From NCBI GenBank assembly GCA_964188305.1, contig OZ076885.1: a stretch of 64,000 bases of DNA. One strand, 5' to 3'. Source of the stretch: Podarcis bocagei. Taxonomy: Eukaryota. The position numbers and the translations under genes were made by a program. Below the pieces are notes generated by a model. It was not told where the DNA came from. It searched no databases and saw nothing but the letters and a program-made list of their open reading frames with translations. Below are positions 24,669-37,414 of this stretch, in pieces. Position 1 is the stretch's first letter. Each line of letters opens with the position of its first letter.

Positions 24669-26055
24669 CTGCAAGTGCAATGATTTACATTCCCCCAATA
24701 GAAACGAAGGGCATGCAGGAAAAAGTGATATGATGCACCTGAAGGGATAGGAGTCAAAACCTGTTCCCTGTCTCTGTGACCACAGCAGCCAATTGAAAGA
24801 CACATTCTGACCAGGTTCTGTTGCTTGGTCACGCAGGGGTGCTATGAGCTGGTTTTCATATGAACAGATGCTGAGCATTGTTCCTTGATTTAAAGGCCAG
24901 AAAGAATATTTTTACTCCTCAATTCATAGCTTTTTTTAATTTTTACAAATTATGACAAACAAGATTAGACTAGCTTATGTGTTCTGGGAGTCATGGTTCC
25001 ATGGTCGATTCTTTTTGGTTCAATTCGTGATTAGCAATTTATTAAGGTTTTCAATCGTACAGAAAGTGCAAACAAAAACTAAGTTATTCCTGCATATAAC
25101 TGAATACCATCTCTCTCCTCACCCTCATGCTCATCCTCTGTATGTATAGTAGGACTGAATATTCTCAGGCATGGAAAAGAACAAATTAAACAAGATAAAA
25201 TCTTTTTAAAGAGAAGGATAGTACATAAAAAAACCCTGCTTCTCTCCTCAGCCACTATTCAGCTCAAAGTAATTGCCCTATAGTACTGTAAACCGCTCTT
25301 CATTCCCCCTTCACATCCATGCCACTCACTCCTGAGTGCCAACGGGAGCAAGTTTTGTAGCTAACAATTCAACTCTGATGGCTTCTTTGAGTCCTGGACC
25401 AATTGCTTCACCACCAAAGTTGCTCTACAGACACACACTTGCCATGTTCAGTCGCAATGCTGACCATAAGCCATAGTTATGCAAATTATTCTATGCACAC
25501 TGCTCTACCAGTCCCTGTTTTGCTCCTCCCTTCCTAGAGCTGGGAGGCAAACCACAGAGTGCCAGACTTAGCATCCAAACTTGTGGTTTGTTTCTCCAAA
25601 GCAAACTTGCTTAGGCATTAATTGATGTCTGACCAGATGATTAGCAGCAAGGGACAATCGTGCATCATATGGTGCAGTCTTGCCCTAAAGTGTCGCAGCA
25701 ACAATATTTTGGAAGCATCTGCAAACTAACAGTTCTTAAATGTTGTGTGTGTGTGTTTATGTATGGGGTAGTACCTCTGGTGGGGGGGCATGTTGTGCAC
25801 CTTCTGGGGTGGTTTGTCCACCTCTGGTCCCCACCCTGCACTCAGTTCTCACTTGTGGCTCCTGTCAGCATGCAACAGCAGACACATCCTGGGAACAGCT
25901 TCGACTGGCTAAACCAGGTGAGGGGAGCCAACGGGTTTCAAACCCTTGGTGAGCTAGGGTCTTCCCCTGCATGCAAAGACAGACTCCAGCAGATTGAGTG
26001 GGCAAGACCAATAGTGGGTCCAATGGTCAAGAAGACAGTTTCTGCATGTGCTATA

Positions 26056-26275
26056 CAATGGTACCTCGGGTTAAGTACTTAATTCGTTCCGGAGGTCCGT
26101 ACTTAACCTGAAACTGTTCTTGACCTGAAGCACCACTTTAGCTGCACCGCCGGAGCCCGATTTCTGTTCTTATCCTGACGCAAAGTTCTTAACCTGAAGC
26201 ACTATTTCTGGCTTAGTGGAGTGTGTAACCTGAAGTGTATGCAACCTGAAGCATATGTAACCCAAGGTACCACTG
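26056..26275 (+). mobile_element. Tigger-like MITE family A
   Basis: Same TIRs; TA TSD. Confidence 0.88.
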
Positions 26276-27100
26276 TAGAGGGAAGTGAGGGGCAGATGGA
26301 GCTCATCAACCTGGAAAGGTAACCCATGTAGAAGGAACACGGATCCAAACCTCCGCTGTCTTGCAGGTTATCTTTAGAATAAAAGGTTAAGGAGTAATCT
26401 CTACACAACTGCAGAGTGGAGTCCCTAAGATGGTTGGATGGCACCTTGCACACCACCTTCTGGCAACTCTTGGAGCCAAGCTGGTTCCAAACGTATTTCT
26501 CTGTGTTCCTTTGGACAACATAAACGAGGCCAAGAGGGGTGTCTAGCTGTCTGGTCAGCCCAGGACCTCCATACAAACTGCCCAGACTTGCACCCTGGGG
26601 AGGTCACTTTGATGCTGCTAACACAGTCATTTGACTTCACCCCCAGAGGAGTACTCCACTGTCTTTCAAGACAGATGGAGGCCAACAACTCTCTTCTCTC
26701 TACACACACATTTCTCTCTACACACACATTTCTCTCTACACACACATACACTTGCCTAAGGCTGTTGTCATACAGCTTGCTTGACTACCAAGAAACGGCA
26801 ACTTGAACTACAATGCAATTGGCATCTGAGAGCTTCTGGCCATCATAGTAGCGTTAAATGGCCATGCTGGTGACCAGCCAAGGTAAGCTGCAGAGGGACA
26901 GTCATGACAGCCCAGAGCAACTCCTCAGCAATAATCCTGTCCTTTAGTACTCTTCCCAAACACTGCTTCTTTCCAACATAGTTCAACTTACTTTTTAACC
27001 TATATGTGTCTCTATATCCAAGAATTGTGTACACAGGCATCTACTACAATCTCCACCCACCCAACCCCCCAAAATTCGGAGCTCATATAGAATCTTACTA

Positions 27101-27331
27101 CAGTGGTACCTCGGGTTAAGAACTTAATTCGTTCTGGAGGTCCGTTCTTAACCTGAAACTGTTCTTAACCTGAGGTACCACTTTAGCTAATGGGGCGTCC
27201 CGCTGCCACCGCACAATTTCTGTTCTCATCCAGAAGCAAGGTTCTTAACCCGAGGTACTATTTCTGGGTTAGCGGAGTCTGTAACCTGAAGCACCTGTAA
27301 CCTGAAGTGTCTGTAACCCGAGGTACCACTG
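27101..27331 (+). mobile_element. Tigger-like MITE family A
   Basis: Same TIRs; TA TSD. Confidence 0.9.
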
Positions 27332-27935
27332 TATGTGGAAGGAAGCAAGGCAGGTCCATGGAAGAATCTTTTTATCCTTCTGTGGTAGGAGCATTTCTAG
27401 TGGTAATCCCTGCTGTAAATGGTGGAGGAATACAGCGGCAATCCTCACCAGAGATCAAGAGAGTTAGTAAACTATCGCAGCTCTGAAAAAGGAAAGATCT
27501 GAATACATTCCCAAGCCTCCACAACTGTCAAGTGTGACAGCTCATTGCGCAACCGAGAAATTCAGTCACAGTACATCTAACCAATTGAGATCTAGCTTAT
27601 GCTACATTTCTGACAGCATGATCCTAACTGTGGACCCATCTGCACAATACAATTAAAGCAGTATCATATCACTTTCAACAGTAATTCCTTCCCTCAAAGA
27701 ATCCTGGGAACTGTAGCATGTTAAGGCTGCAAAGAGCTTTAGGAAACCTCTATTCCCTTACAGACCTACAACTTCAGAGTGGTTTAACAATCAATCGCTC
27801 ACCCCAGAAAACTCTGGGAATTATAGCTCTGTATGGGAAATAGGGGGTCTCCCAATCAGTGTTAGAAACTCAGGTATATAAGTTTATCACCAAATGGCAC
27901 TACAACAGAAAGTCTAGGTATCTTTTTTGCAGTGG

Positions 27936-27973
27936 TATGTATGTATGTATGTATGTATGTATGTATGTATGTA
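27936..27973 (+). repeat. (TATG)n microsatellite
   Basis: Direct observation. Confidence 0.9.
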
Positions 27974-28370
27974 TTCTTTTCAATTCATTTCTATACTGCT
28001 TTATATTTTTTTAAAAAATATCAAACCAGTGTACAGCACATTAAAAACATCAAATAAAACAATCCAGAATAAAACAAACAAATTCAAGTTTCAAAGAAAT
28101 TATTTCAGATCCTTCTCTAAGAGACAGTTTGCCTTCCCCATATTTATTTACCTACTTAATTTATAGAGCTGCCCCATCGCAGAAGCACTGTGCTCTAGGA
28201 AGTCATTGTGGTGTAGTGGTTAAGAGTGTTGGACTAGGACCTGGGAGATCAGGGTTCAAATCCCCACTCAGTCACAAAGCTCAATGGATGACCTTGGGCC
28301 ATTCACAACCTCTTAATCTGCCTCGCAGAGAAATTGTAGGGATTAACTAAGGAGGGAGGTGAACCATGTA

Positions 28371-28610
28371 GAGAGCCAGTGTGGTGTAGTGGTTAAGAGC
28401 GGTAGTCTCGTAATCTGGTGAACCGGGTTCGCGTCTCCGCTCCTCCACATGCAGCTGCTGGGTGACCTTGGGCCAGTCACACTTCTTTGAAATCTCTCAG
28501 CCCCACTCACCTCACAGAGTGTTTGTTGTGGGGGAGGAAGGGAAAGGAGAATGTTAGCCGCTTTGAGACTCCTTAAAGGGAGTGAAAGGCGGGATATCAA
28601 ATCCAAACTA
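28371..28610 (+). mobile_element. tRNA-derived SINE (Squam3-like), inserted in or next to an older tRNA SINE (~28200-28370)
   Basis: A-box tggtgtagtggtt, B-box ggttcgcgtct, L2-like 3' part. Confidence 0.75.
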
Positions 28611-28820
28611 CATGTACTCCTTGGAGAAAAAGGTGGAAAAACTGATGCAATAAATAAGATCTTCTGCTTACCTGCTTAAGAAAGCTGGAGGGGCCAGCCA
28701 GGTGGAGATGTCAGTCGCCAACCTTGCATCCAGACATCTCCACCTGGTTGCAATTGGGCGTGTGTCAGTCACAAAACGCACCTGGCGCCTGGGAAATCTT
28801 GAACACTATATCAGCATCCT

Positions 28821-29230
28821 CCCAGTAGTGATGTATGGAAGTGAGAGCTGGACCATAAAGAAGGCTGATCACCAAAGAATTGATGCTTTTGAATTAAGGT
28901 CTGGAAGACTGCAAGAAGATCAAACCTATCCATTCTTAAGGAAATCAGCCCTGAGTGCTCACTGGAAGGACAGATCCTGAAGCTGAGGCTCCAATACTTT
29001 GGCCACCTCATGAGAAGAGAAGACTCTCTGGAAAAGACCCTGATGTTGGGAAAGATGGAGGGCACAAGGAGAAGGGGACGACAGAGGACGAGATGGTTGG
29101 ACAGTGTTCTCAAAGCTACCAGCATGAGTTTGACCAAACTGTGGGAGGCAGTGGAAGACAGGAGTGCCTGGCGTGCTCTGGTCCATGGGGTCACGAAGAG
29201 TCAGACACGACTAAACGACTAAACAACAAC
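28821..29230 (+). mobile_element. Bov-B (RTE) LINE 3' fragment
   Basis: LEKTLMLGKMEGTRRRGRQRTRWLD; (CAA)n tail; 13-bp TSD ATATCAGCATCCT. Confidence 0.92.
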
Positions 29231-29610
29231 ATATCAGCATCCTTAACAAACTAAACTTCCCAGGGTTCTTTGGGGGAAGCCATGACTGTTTATAAAGTGC
29301 TATGATACTGCTTTAAATGCATAGTGCAGATGGAGCCCATGCTTACTAAGAAGATCCACTGAATTCAATGGTGCTTCCCTACTATTTGCTTAGAACTGCA
29401 ATCTTTGTTTTCAAGGTGCTAGTTACCAATACAGAAACCCCTTCTACATCATGTTCTGGAGGTGACGTAGGGAACTTTCTCAACCCAAGGGCCACAGTTC
29501 CTTCGCCGAAAACTTCCAAGGGCCACACACCTAAACATTTGGGGTGGGAAGTAGAGCCAGTGAGGGGTGTGCCCTGGGAAGCATTTAAGGGCCGAATAGA
29601 GATGTTCAGA

Positions 29611-29963
29611 GGGACACGGGTGGCGCTGTGGGTTAAACCACTGAGCCTAGGACTTGCCGATCAGAAGGTCGGCGGTTCAAATCCCCACAACGGGGTGAGC
29701 TCCCATTGCTCAGTCCCTGCTCCTGCCAACCTAGCAGTTCGAAAGCACATCAAAGTGCAAATAGATAAATAGGTACCGCTCTGGTGGGAAGGTAAACGGT
29801 GTTTCCGTGCGCTGCTCTGGTTTGCCTGAAGCGGCTTAGTCATGCTGGCCACATAACCCGGAAGCTGTACGCCGGCTCCCTCGGCCAATAAAGCGAGATG
29901 AGCGCCACAACCCCAGAGTCGGTCACGACTGGACCTAATGGTCAGGGGTCCCTTTACCTTTAC
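29611..29963 (+). mobile_element. Sauria SINE
   Basis: gggacacgggtggcgctgtgg head, (ACCTTT) tail; TSD-like tagagatgt on both sides. Confidence 0.9.
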
Positions 29964-31260
29964 TAGAGATGTCAAGAAGGCTGCATTCGGCCCCAGACAT
30001 TCCCCACTGATTTCTAGAGATTTATACTGAAATCACATGATAGTGTCAGATATTAATAATGACCTGCTGCTGAGCATTTCATATCCCATCAGCCATGGCC
30101 TATACACAGCATCCCCAATCCCTTTGCCCAGGATTTCTGCTGAAATCTTCCATGGCAGAAGCTAACTCATGTGAATTAATGGTTAGCCTTTCCTTGGTTT
30201 GCTATGTTTCAGGAGGGATCACCTAGCAGCCAATACTGGTGAAACACAAAGCCCTTTGAGCCACCACATTTCTCTCCTCCATGGACCTTGGGATCATGGT
30301 GAATTGAGTCCAATCTCATGGACGTTGACAGCACTATCCTATGGAATGTTTATTCCAAAGTTCAAGGGGGCTTGCTCCCAGGTACGTGCAGAGGACTGTA
30401 CCCCTAATGTGAAAACAAGTTCCCCTGAAACTCGTTGCAACTTACTTCCACATCCTGCATTTAGGATCAGAGTGAAAGTGACTCATATCGTCTTGCTCTC
30501 AGTATTAACACCCACATATCAGAAAGATGTTAATTTAGTCCCAGCAGCATTTTTCTCATTATCATCAGTAATTCTATATTTGAACACTTCGAGCCACTTT
30601 TAAAAAAATCTCCAGAAGCTAGATGTGACAAAACTGCTCCCATTCTGTCTTTCTAAAACTGATACAGTTTTAGAATCTGAAGACAGGGTAGGCTGGTGGA
30701 ACCAAAATATTCAGTACTAAAGAGGGGAGGGGAGCATGTGCTACCTCACTGAGAGAACTGACAGATAACCCTTATTTTAGAGTTCCTTCCCTCAAGCCCC
30801 CCGCCCACCCAGGAAATATGATAATACTCATTACTCTGAAATATTGTATTTATGTACCACTTTGCAGAATGAAACCTTCAACTTTAGATTGTCTCTCATT
30901 TTAAAATTGTAGTTCTCTCTGCTTTGGAAGAGTAGCTACCACTTACTAAGTCATAACATTTCTCAGTGCACATACACCCATGTGGTGAGATTTTTAACAC
31001 CTCCTGATTGCCGGGATGTCTGATTGAATGTGGATAGTAAAGGTTCTTCGCTCCATGCGGACAGGTGGCAAAAGCAACTGGCTATGTGGTAGTTATTTGC
31101 CAATCATGGAAATTAACTACTTTAAAACAGTCAACTGTATTCAACCCACATTTTGCAATTATTTAAGATGTACTGGCATTCATGAAAAGCTAGCTTTAAT
31201 TCTGTTGAAATCAGTAAGACAGGCAGAGCAATTATTTGGAGGCATGCAAAAAGCTACCTA

Positions 31261-31642
31261 GGTAAAGGTAAAGAGTAAAGGACCCCTGGACAGTTAAGTC
31301 CAGTCAAAGGCGACCATGGGGTTGTGGCGCTCATCTCGCTTTCAGGCTGAGGGAGCCTGAGTTTGTCTGCAGACAGCTTTCCGGGTCATGTGGCCAGCAT
31401 GACTAAGCCACTTCTGCTGCAACGGGACACCGTTACGGAAACCAGAGCGCACGGAAACGCTGTTTACCTTCCCGTCGCAGTGGTACCTATTTATCTACTT
31501 GCACTGGCGTGCTTTCAAACTGCTAGGTTGGCAGGAGCTGGGACAGAGCAACAGGAGCTCACCCTGTTGTGGGGATTCGAACCGCCAACCTTCTGATCTG
31601 CAAGTCCAAGAGGCTCAGTGGTTTAGACCACAGCGTCATCTG
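31261..31642 (-). mobile_element. Sauria SINE (variant subfamily)
   Basis: Same body as the other copies with a different tail segment. Confidence 0.85.
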
Positions 31643-32208
31643 CTAACTAGGGCCCCCTAGTCAACACCCTGTGCTGTATTTGGGTAAGGAAGGGTCTTAA
31701 CCTTAGGTAGTTGTGTTTTAGATAGTAATGTTCATATTTGTATAACTTTTTTGCATTTCCACCCTAAGCTACTTATTTAAAAGTAAAATTTACTTATTTT
31801 AATGGAGTAAGAGTCCAGTGTGAGGGGAGGGATTTAAAAGGTAGTTCCTATGAAGATAAGGCCATGTTCAATTTTACCAAAGCTAAGTGCAACTACTGAA
31901 ATACACTTAAGAAATGGTTGTTGCTGGTGGTGTTAAAATTGTAAGCTCCTTGGAACAAGAACCTGTCCTCTTATACTTTGGAAAGCACTATGCAGCTTGA
32001 TGGTTCTATTTAAATAATGAATCAGAACCCAAACACATGGTGACTTTTTTGAGAATGTGTAAACTAGGCCTCAGCCTTTAAGCACTTACTCTAGCACAGA
32101 CAAAACAGCTTTAACAAAACACCACCAAATAATGCATAGGATTATAGTGTCATAGGTTGCAGTTTTGGTCCATCATTCTACAGAGTGACAAAGTTGTTGT
32201 TATCTCAC

Positions 32209-32294
32209 TCAGCATAACAGCACTCTTGAGCGTTGGGAAGTCCATTCAGGGTACAGTTCTGTAATGCATTTATAACAGAATGCTTGCATGAGTG
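32209..32294 (-). other. INO80D: Candidate INO80D 5' leader exon (contains uORFs)
   Basis: Acceptor tgtctgttctgcaaag, donor GA|gtgaga; unique sequence between the promoter and the first coding exon. Confidence 0.55.
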
Positions 32295-33371
32295 CTTTGC
32301 AGAACAGACACTTGAAGCCACACTCTTTGCCAGAACTAAAACGAAAATGTCCCACCAGTCATCTAAGAATAATGGAAAATTGCCTATATAGGTACTGTAT
32401 TCCATTGGAATCTCAGAAAAGCTCACCTGACACATCTGATTTCAATTCCCCCATGCAATGGGGCTTCTATTCTGCATACAAAACAAGGACAGAGATCCAA
32501 AAACATACTTTGAGTGCAGCCAAGACTTTAAACTCGAGCACTGTTTTGTTTTGTTTTTAAGCCTTTCAATTTCTGTGACTGGCAGGTCCCAATGGCAAGT
32601 CCCAAACTGCATTCTAAACTCCTTTCAGTTTCAGAAACTGTTTTGACATGTGGCTTGAAGAGGCACACTATGAGAAACACAAATCCAAAGCTCCCTTCAT
32701 GGATACACGGAACTAGATTCACAGCTCTTGAAATCCTGGCCAAAAGTTCACCTGGAGATGGAGGAAGTGAATGTACTATAAGGATTCAAGCCCAAGTTAA
32801 CTTTTTGCAACATTGGCCTAGGAATCTGGCCATTGCAGACCTCTGCACTGATACAGTCCAGCCTCAAGGACTTGAATTTATGCCTACACACAATTATCCT
32901 AATCTAGCCACATTTCTGAACTGACATTCCTGAAACTCTTCTCTTCTGCAACAACTTTCTCCTGAAGGTTTTACGCTCAAACACTGACCATAGAAACAAT
33001 ATAGCAACCATTTACAGAACGCTTATCTGTGTCCTTGTATAAGGTGTTTATGGCCTAACACACCCCCAAAACCCTGGCTTGGGTAGTAAATTGTTTCCAG
33101 GCTACGAACGGCCAGAAACGATGAGGCTAGCCTTTACAATTCCAACTCATTCACAAAAAACCAGGGTTTCATACATAAACCCAGCATGCATTTGCAAGGC
33201 TGGACTTGATCTCTGACAGCACCTACGAAAGTACTGAAGTGGCAAGATCTGGTAGCTCTGGCCAAACGGACTGCAGAAGTAAGAAGCTGGGCGACAGTAC
33301 CTTCCACCCACCGACCTCCCCCTCCCCTGGAACAAATCTTTAAACTAGCCAAGGTTGTTTCTAGGCTTTTC

Positions 33372-33373
<2 letters not shown>

Positions 33374-33415
<42 letters not shown>
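33374..33415 (+). repeat. (TTTC)n microsatellite
   Basis: Direct observation. Confidence 0.9.
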
Positions 33416-33759
33416 AGTGGGACCTTGCAACATCACCTCTGCAGCATGATGATGCCCTTCCTCGCCTCGACTTACCAGCCTTTAACCCTTCGCCTACCCC
33501 GCCAGCACCACGGAAAAGTTCCCGCTGCCCCATAACCATTTAAAATCAGGATTAACCTTCGTACTTGTGGGGCAGGAGGAGGAGGGCTTGCAAAGCAGCG
33601 TTTGGAAAAGGGGGGAAACGCTTCTCTCTCTCCCCCCCAGCCACCTCTTTCCCAATGCAATTCAGGAGGGAGCGCCAAAATGTTCTTGCACTCATTTCAG
33701 GTCGCATTAAAACCCAAATTGTTAGGACCCAAATTGAAAACCCGAATTGAAGGAAGGCT

Positions 33760-34640
33760 CCGAGGTGGTGCTGGAGGGGGGCTCGGCGATGTCCAAAAAG
33801 CAAAACTTTAAAAGGCCGGTGGCGTCGGGGGGGGGGAGATCCCGGCGGACGCGCTTCCCCGGGACACCCCCCCTCCACTCCCCCAGGTCTAAAGGGGGCG
33901 AAGCGCGCCCCAAACTCGGGAGTGAAACCGTAGTGGAAAATAATAACAAATAGCCCGCTTCCCCCTCTCTCGCCGCCACCCCCCTCACGCCCCGGTGTCT
34001 CTGATCCGCGGTCCGCCGGCCTCCCGCCGCCTAACCCCCGCCCGGGCTTCGGAGCTCCCTGGCCGAAGCGCCTTCCCCGCCACCTTCCGAAACCCCCTCT
34101 CGGAGGCCTGAGCCCGGGGCCTGTCCGGCGCTAGGCCGGGCCCCGTCGCGGGGGGCGGGGAGCCGCTAGGCCACAAGGCCCGTCTCTCTCCCGCCTCGGC
34201 CGGGCTCCCCTCCCTCCATCCACCGGCGCCCCTTTCCCTCGGTTCCCAGACGGGCCCGGCCACCCGCCGGTCCCGGAACCCCCCCCCCCGTTTCCACCCA
34301 CCCCCCACCCCTTTCGAAACCCGCGCGGCCCGGCTCTCCCACGCGCATCCCCGGCCTCGCGTAGCCCACCCGGCGGCTGTCCCCGCGCGCGCGGCGCCGC
34401 CTGCCGCCCTAGGCGAGCCCGGGGATGCAGGCCGGGCCTGGCTTACCTTTCCAGCTGGCCCTTTTTTTTTTCTCCTCCCTCCTCTTCTCGGCTCTCTCGT
34501 CTCTCCCCCCTTTTTCTCCCCCTCTGTTGGGCTGGCAGAGCGAGAGTTTCCTCCCCAGCGGAGGGAGCGGGGAAATGGGTCTCGGAGCTGGCTTGAAGCG
34601 CTGAGGGAGCTTCGCTGCTTGGTTTGCTGCTGCCCCCCTG
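33760..34640. promoter_or_regulatory. CpG island at the INO80D 5' end
   Basis: Very GC- and CpG-rich tract upstream of all INO80D exons. Confidence 0.85.
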
Positions 34641-34650
34641 GCTCTGAGGA
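34447..34650 (-). other. INO80D: Probable INO80D non-coding exon 1 (5' end approximate)
   Basis: Strong donor AAG|gtaagc at 34446-34441 at the edge of a CpG island. Confidence 0.6.
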
Positions 34651-36864
34651 GAAAGATCCCTGCTTTTTCTTTTTTTTCTTTTTAGGCTTAGAACGGGAGC
34701 TCTTTTATTATGAGGATGATTTAAATAAAATAATTTTTTTAAAAAAAAAAGCAAAATAATAAAATAAAACAAACGCTGACGAAAGTGCTGGGAGAGGGTA
34801 GGTGATTATGAAGTTGGGGGTGGAGGTGGCGGGGGGTGGGGGGGTGGAAATTCCCTGAATATATTCTCCAGCAAAGAAGGCAGGGCTGCTGGGGCTGCTC
34901 TCGAGAAAGGAGGAAAAAAAGAGAGCTTTGCAGCCCTCCTACAGCACCACTACAGGCACTGAGAGGACATAACACCAGAGAGAGAGATGCTCCTCTGCCC
35001 GGCCAAAACGACAACTTCCCTACCATCTTGGGAGGGTCGCAGGACAGAGAGAGAGAGAGCAAAGAGGGGAGGTCAGGACCAGGGGGGGAGAAGGATGGGG
35101 TGCTCGGGGTTCCCCTTTCTTTTTTGGGGTGTGTGTGGAGAAAATGCAACATTTTGCAAAGGCTCGATCAATGCAACGTTTGGGAAAGGCGAGGCCAAAT
35201 GTCGCCGGGATGGTGGGTTTCCCTCCGAAGAAAAAAGGAAAAGGGGGTGGGCAGCGTTATAAGGTTTTGTTTCCTCCTCCCCCCCCCCATTATTTTTATG
35301 AATGAATTTGTTGTTTTAAATTAAAAAAAAAACCAGGGGCAGGTGCCTCGCCATCTTCTCCTCCATCCTTCTCCATCGCATCTCGGAAGTTTTGGACGCC
35401 CCAGGAGGTTCTGCAAAGGTAAGTCCCCAAAAGGGGCGCACGGTGGGGTTTTTGGGGGGGTTGAGGGGGCGTAGAAAGGGATCTTTTCCCCCATGGAGGT
35501 GAGGCAAAAAAAAAAAAAAGGATCGGGCTCCAGGTGAGGGGGAAGATAGGTCGGAGATTAAATATGTACTCAAGTGCAACTTAAACAAACAAACAAAAGT
35601 AAAAATAAACTGCTTTTTTTGTTGTCCATAGCAGTTTTGTTTCCCCCTCTGGTTGCACTGGGATCAATAACTGAAAAAAAGAGAAAAGGGCTTTTATTAT
35701 ATTTTCGGTGTGTGGTGGTGTTGTTGTTTTGCAGGTGCTTGTGCCCTTATATAAATTTTATTTTATCTGACGTACGGTGTTGTGCCTGAAGTTTGAGCCA
35801 CTAGTTCTGATGTCTTTCTCATAGTTAGCTTCCTGAACTTAACAGAGGCTGCTTTTTCTCATAAACCAAATTGAGGATGGTTGTCTGTGGTAAGAATGCG
35901 TGCGCAAGATATAACATTGCGAAATACTCTCATATCGTTCATTTCAACTTAATCTTTATAGGTCGAAGCGCTGCAAAAGCACTTCAGACTGTTTCCAGAG
36001 ATTTCTAGTACACAGTTGCTGATTTTGTCACTTTTTTAAAAAGTGCTGCTGATTTAGCTGAAAACCACGTGGTACATGCAATGGCAACAGTGCAGTGGTT
36101 TTAAACTGGCATTTGCTGCAAGCTCGTCTATCAGGTATTCTTTTTTCACCAACTCAGCATTGACTTAACGTTTCAGAATTTCTCAGATGAACTATGATTA
36201 TAGATGCTAGATTTTTAAAATACTCATTTTTTTTAAAGCACTGAATAGGACACCTAAGATATTTGAAATTACTTCACATTCATTCTCATGAAGCTTTCTT
36301 TGTGTCTCAGTATTCAGAGAAAGAAGCCACTATTCTGCAAACCTGGATTTTTCTCCTGGAGCAGAAATCTTTCCCCTCCAAATTTGGCAGTGTTATCTGT
36401 TACAGCTGAATATTCTTGTCAAAGGCACTGACAAACTTCCCTTCAGTTCTGCATGTTTGGCAGGTGTGCTGTTCCTTTCCTTGATAGTTTTTGTCCATTT
36501 GAGGGGAAATTCTCTTACTCCTTAGTAGGATTACAGTGTCTCTACTTTCAGGCAGCACTGGGTTATTCTAACTTCATATAATGTCAGAACTTGTGGCCAG
36601 GCAACAAATATCTGGGGACAGACTTAACTTTTGGAAGCTTTTGTATTTTCTGTATTCAAATCCATTAAATACAAACTGGATCTTTCAAATCATCTTTTTA
36701 TTCTTTAAACTAGAAATTTGCCAAACACTTACTGACTTAATTTAGGTTTACAAAATCTACCATCTGCAGTATTCTTTGTCTGCTGTATATAGGCAGTCTG
36801 TGCACTGTCATCTTCATTGGTTGTATGTGATCTGCAAATCGCTGTCTGTGCTGTGGCTCTTGGT

Positions 36865-37196
36865 CAGGGGTCTGCAACCCGCGGCTCTGGAGCCACATGT
36901 GGCTGTTTTACACCTTTGCCGCGGCTCCGGGGCAGATACTAGCGAGGGGAGGAGGCGCATTGTGCGCCCTGACACTCCCCACTGTGGCGGGCGCTGTACT
37001 GGCTGTGACATCGCATGGGGGCAGTGCGTGCGTTAGTCACGCACCGCCCCGACGTCACCTTCCCACCCGCTGTCAGATTGGAGGGCAGCGGCGCGCATGC
37101 TTTAAATGTCGCAATGGTTTTGTGGCTCCCAGGTTTTTTTTTCCTTCGGAAACGGGTCCAAGTGGCTCTTTTTGTCTTAAAGGTTGCAGACCCCTG
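36865..37196. mobile_element. hAT MITE
   Basis: TIR CAGGGGTCTGCAACC / GGTTGCAGACCCCTG; perfect 8-bp TSD CTCTTGGT. Confidence 0.92.
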
Positions 37197-37414
37197 CTCT
37201 TGGTAATATAATGTTCAGTAGTTCTCAGATGTTCCAGGTACACTATTTGTTAGTACCCTCTGTTGAATGCGAACAATGTAAACATAAGGATAGTTGAAAC
37301 AGTGATGTAAGCAATTTCTTTTATTTTTAAAAATAATTTTATTGTTATATTATTAAACTTTCTAGCCAAGACAGTTAACATCAAACGCCTCTCATTTAAA
37401 TTGGAACCAGTGAG

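Noticed and set aside
33472-35324. Multiple 60-160 aa ORFs around the INO80D promoter
   Set aside because: Low-complexity translations of CpG-island and purine-rich DNA with no recognisable protein.
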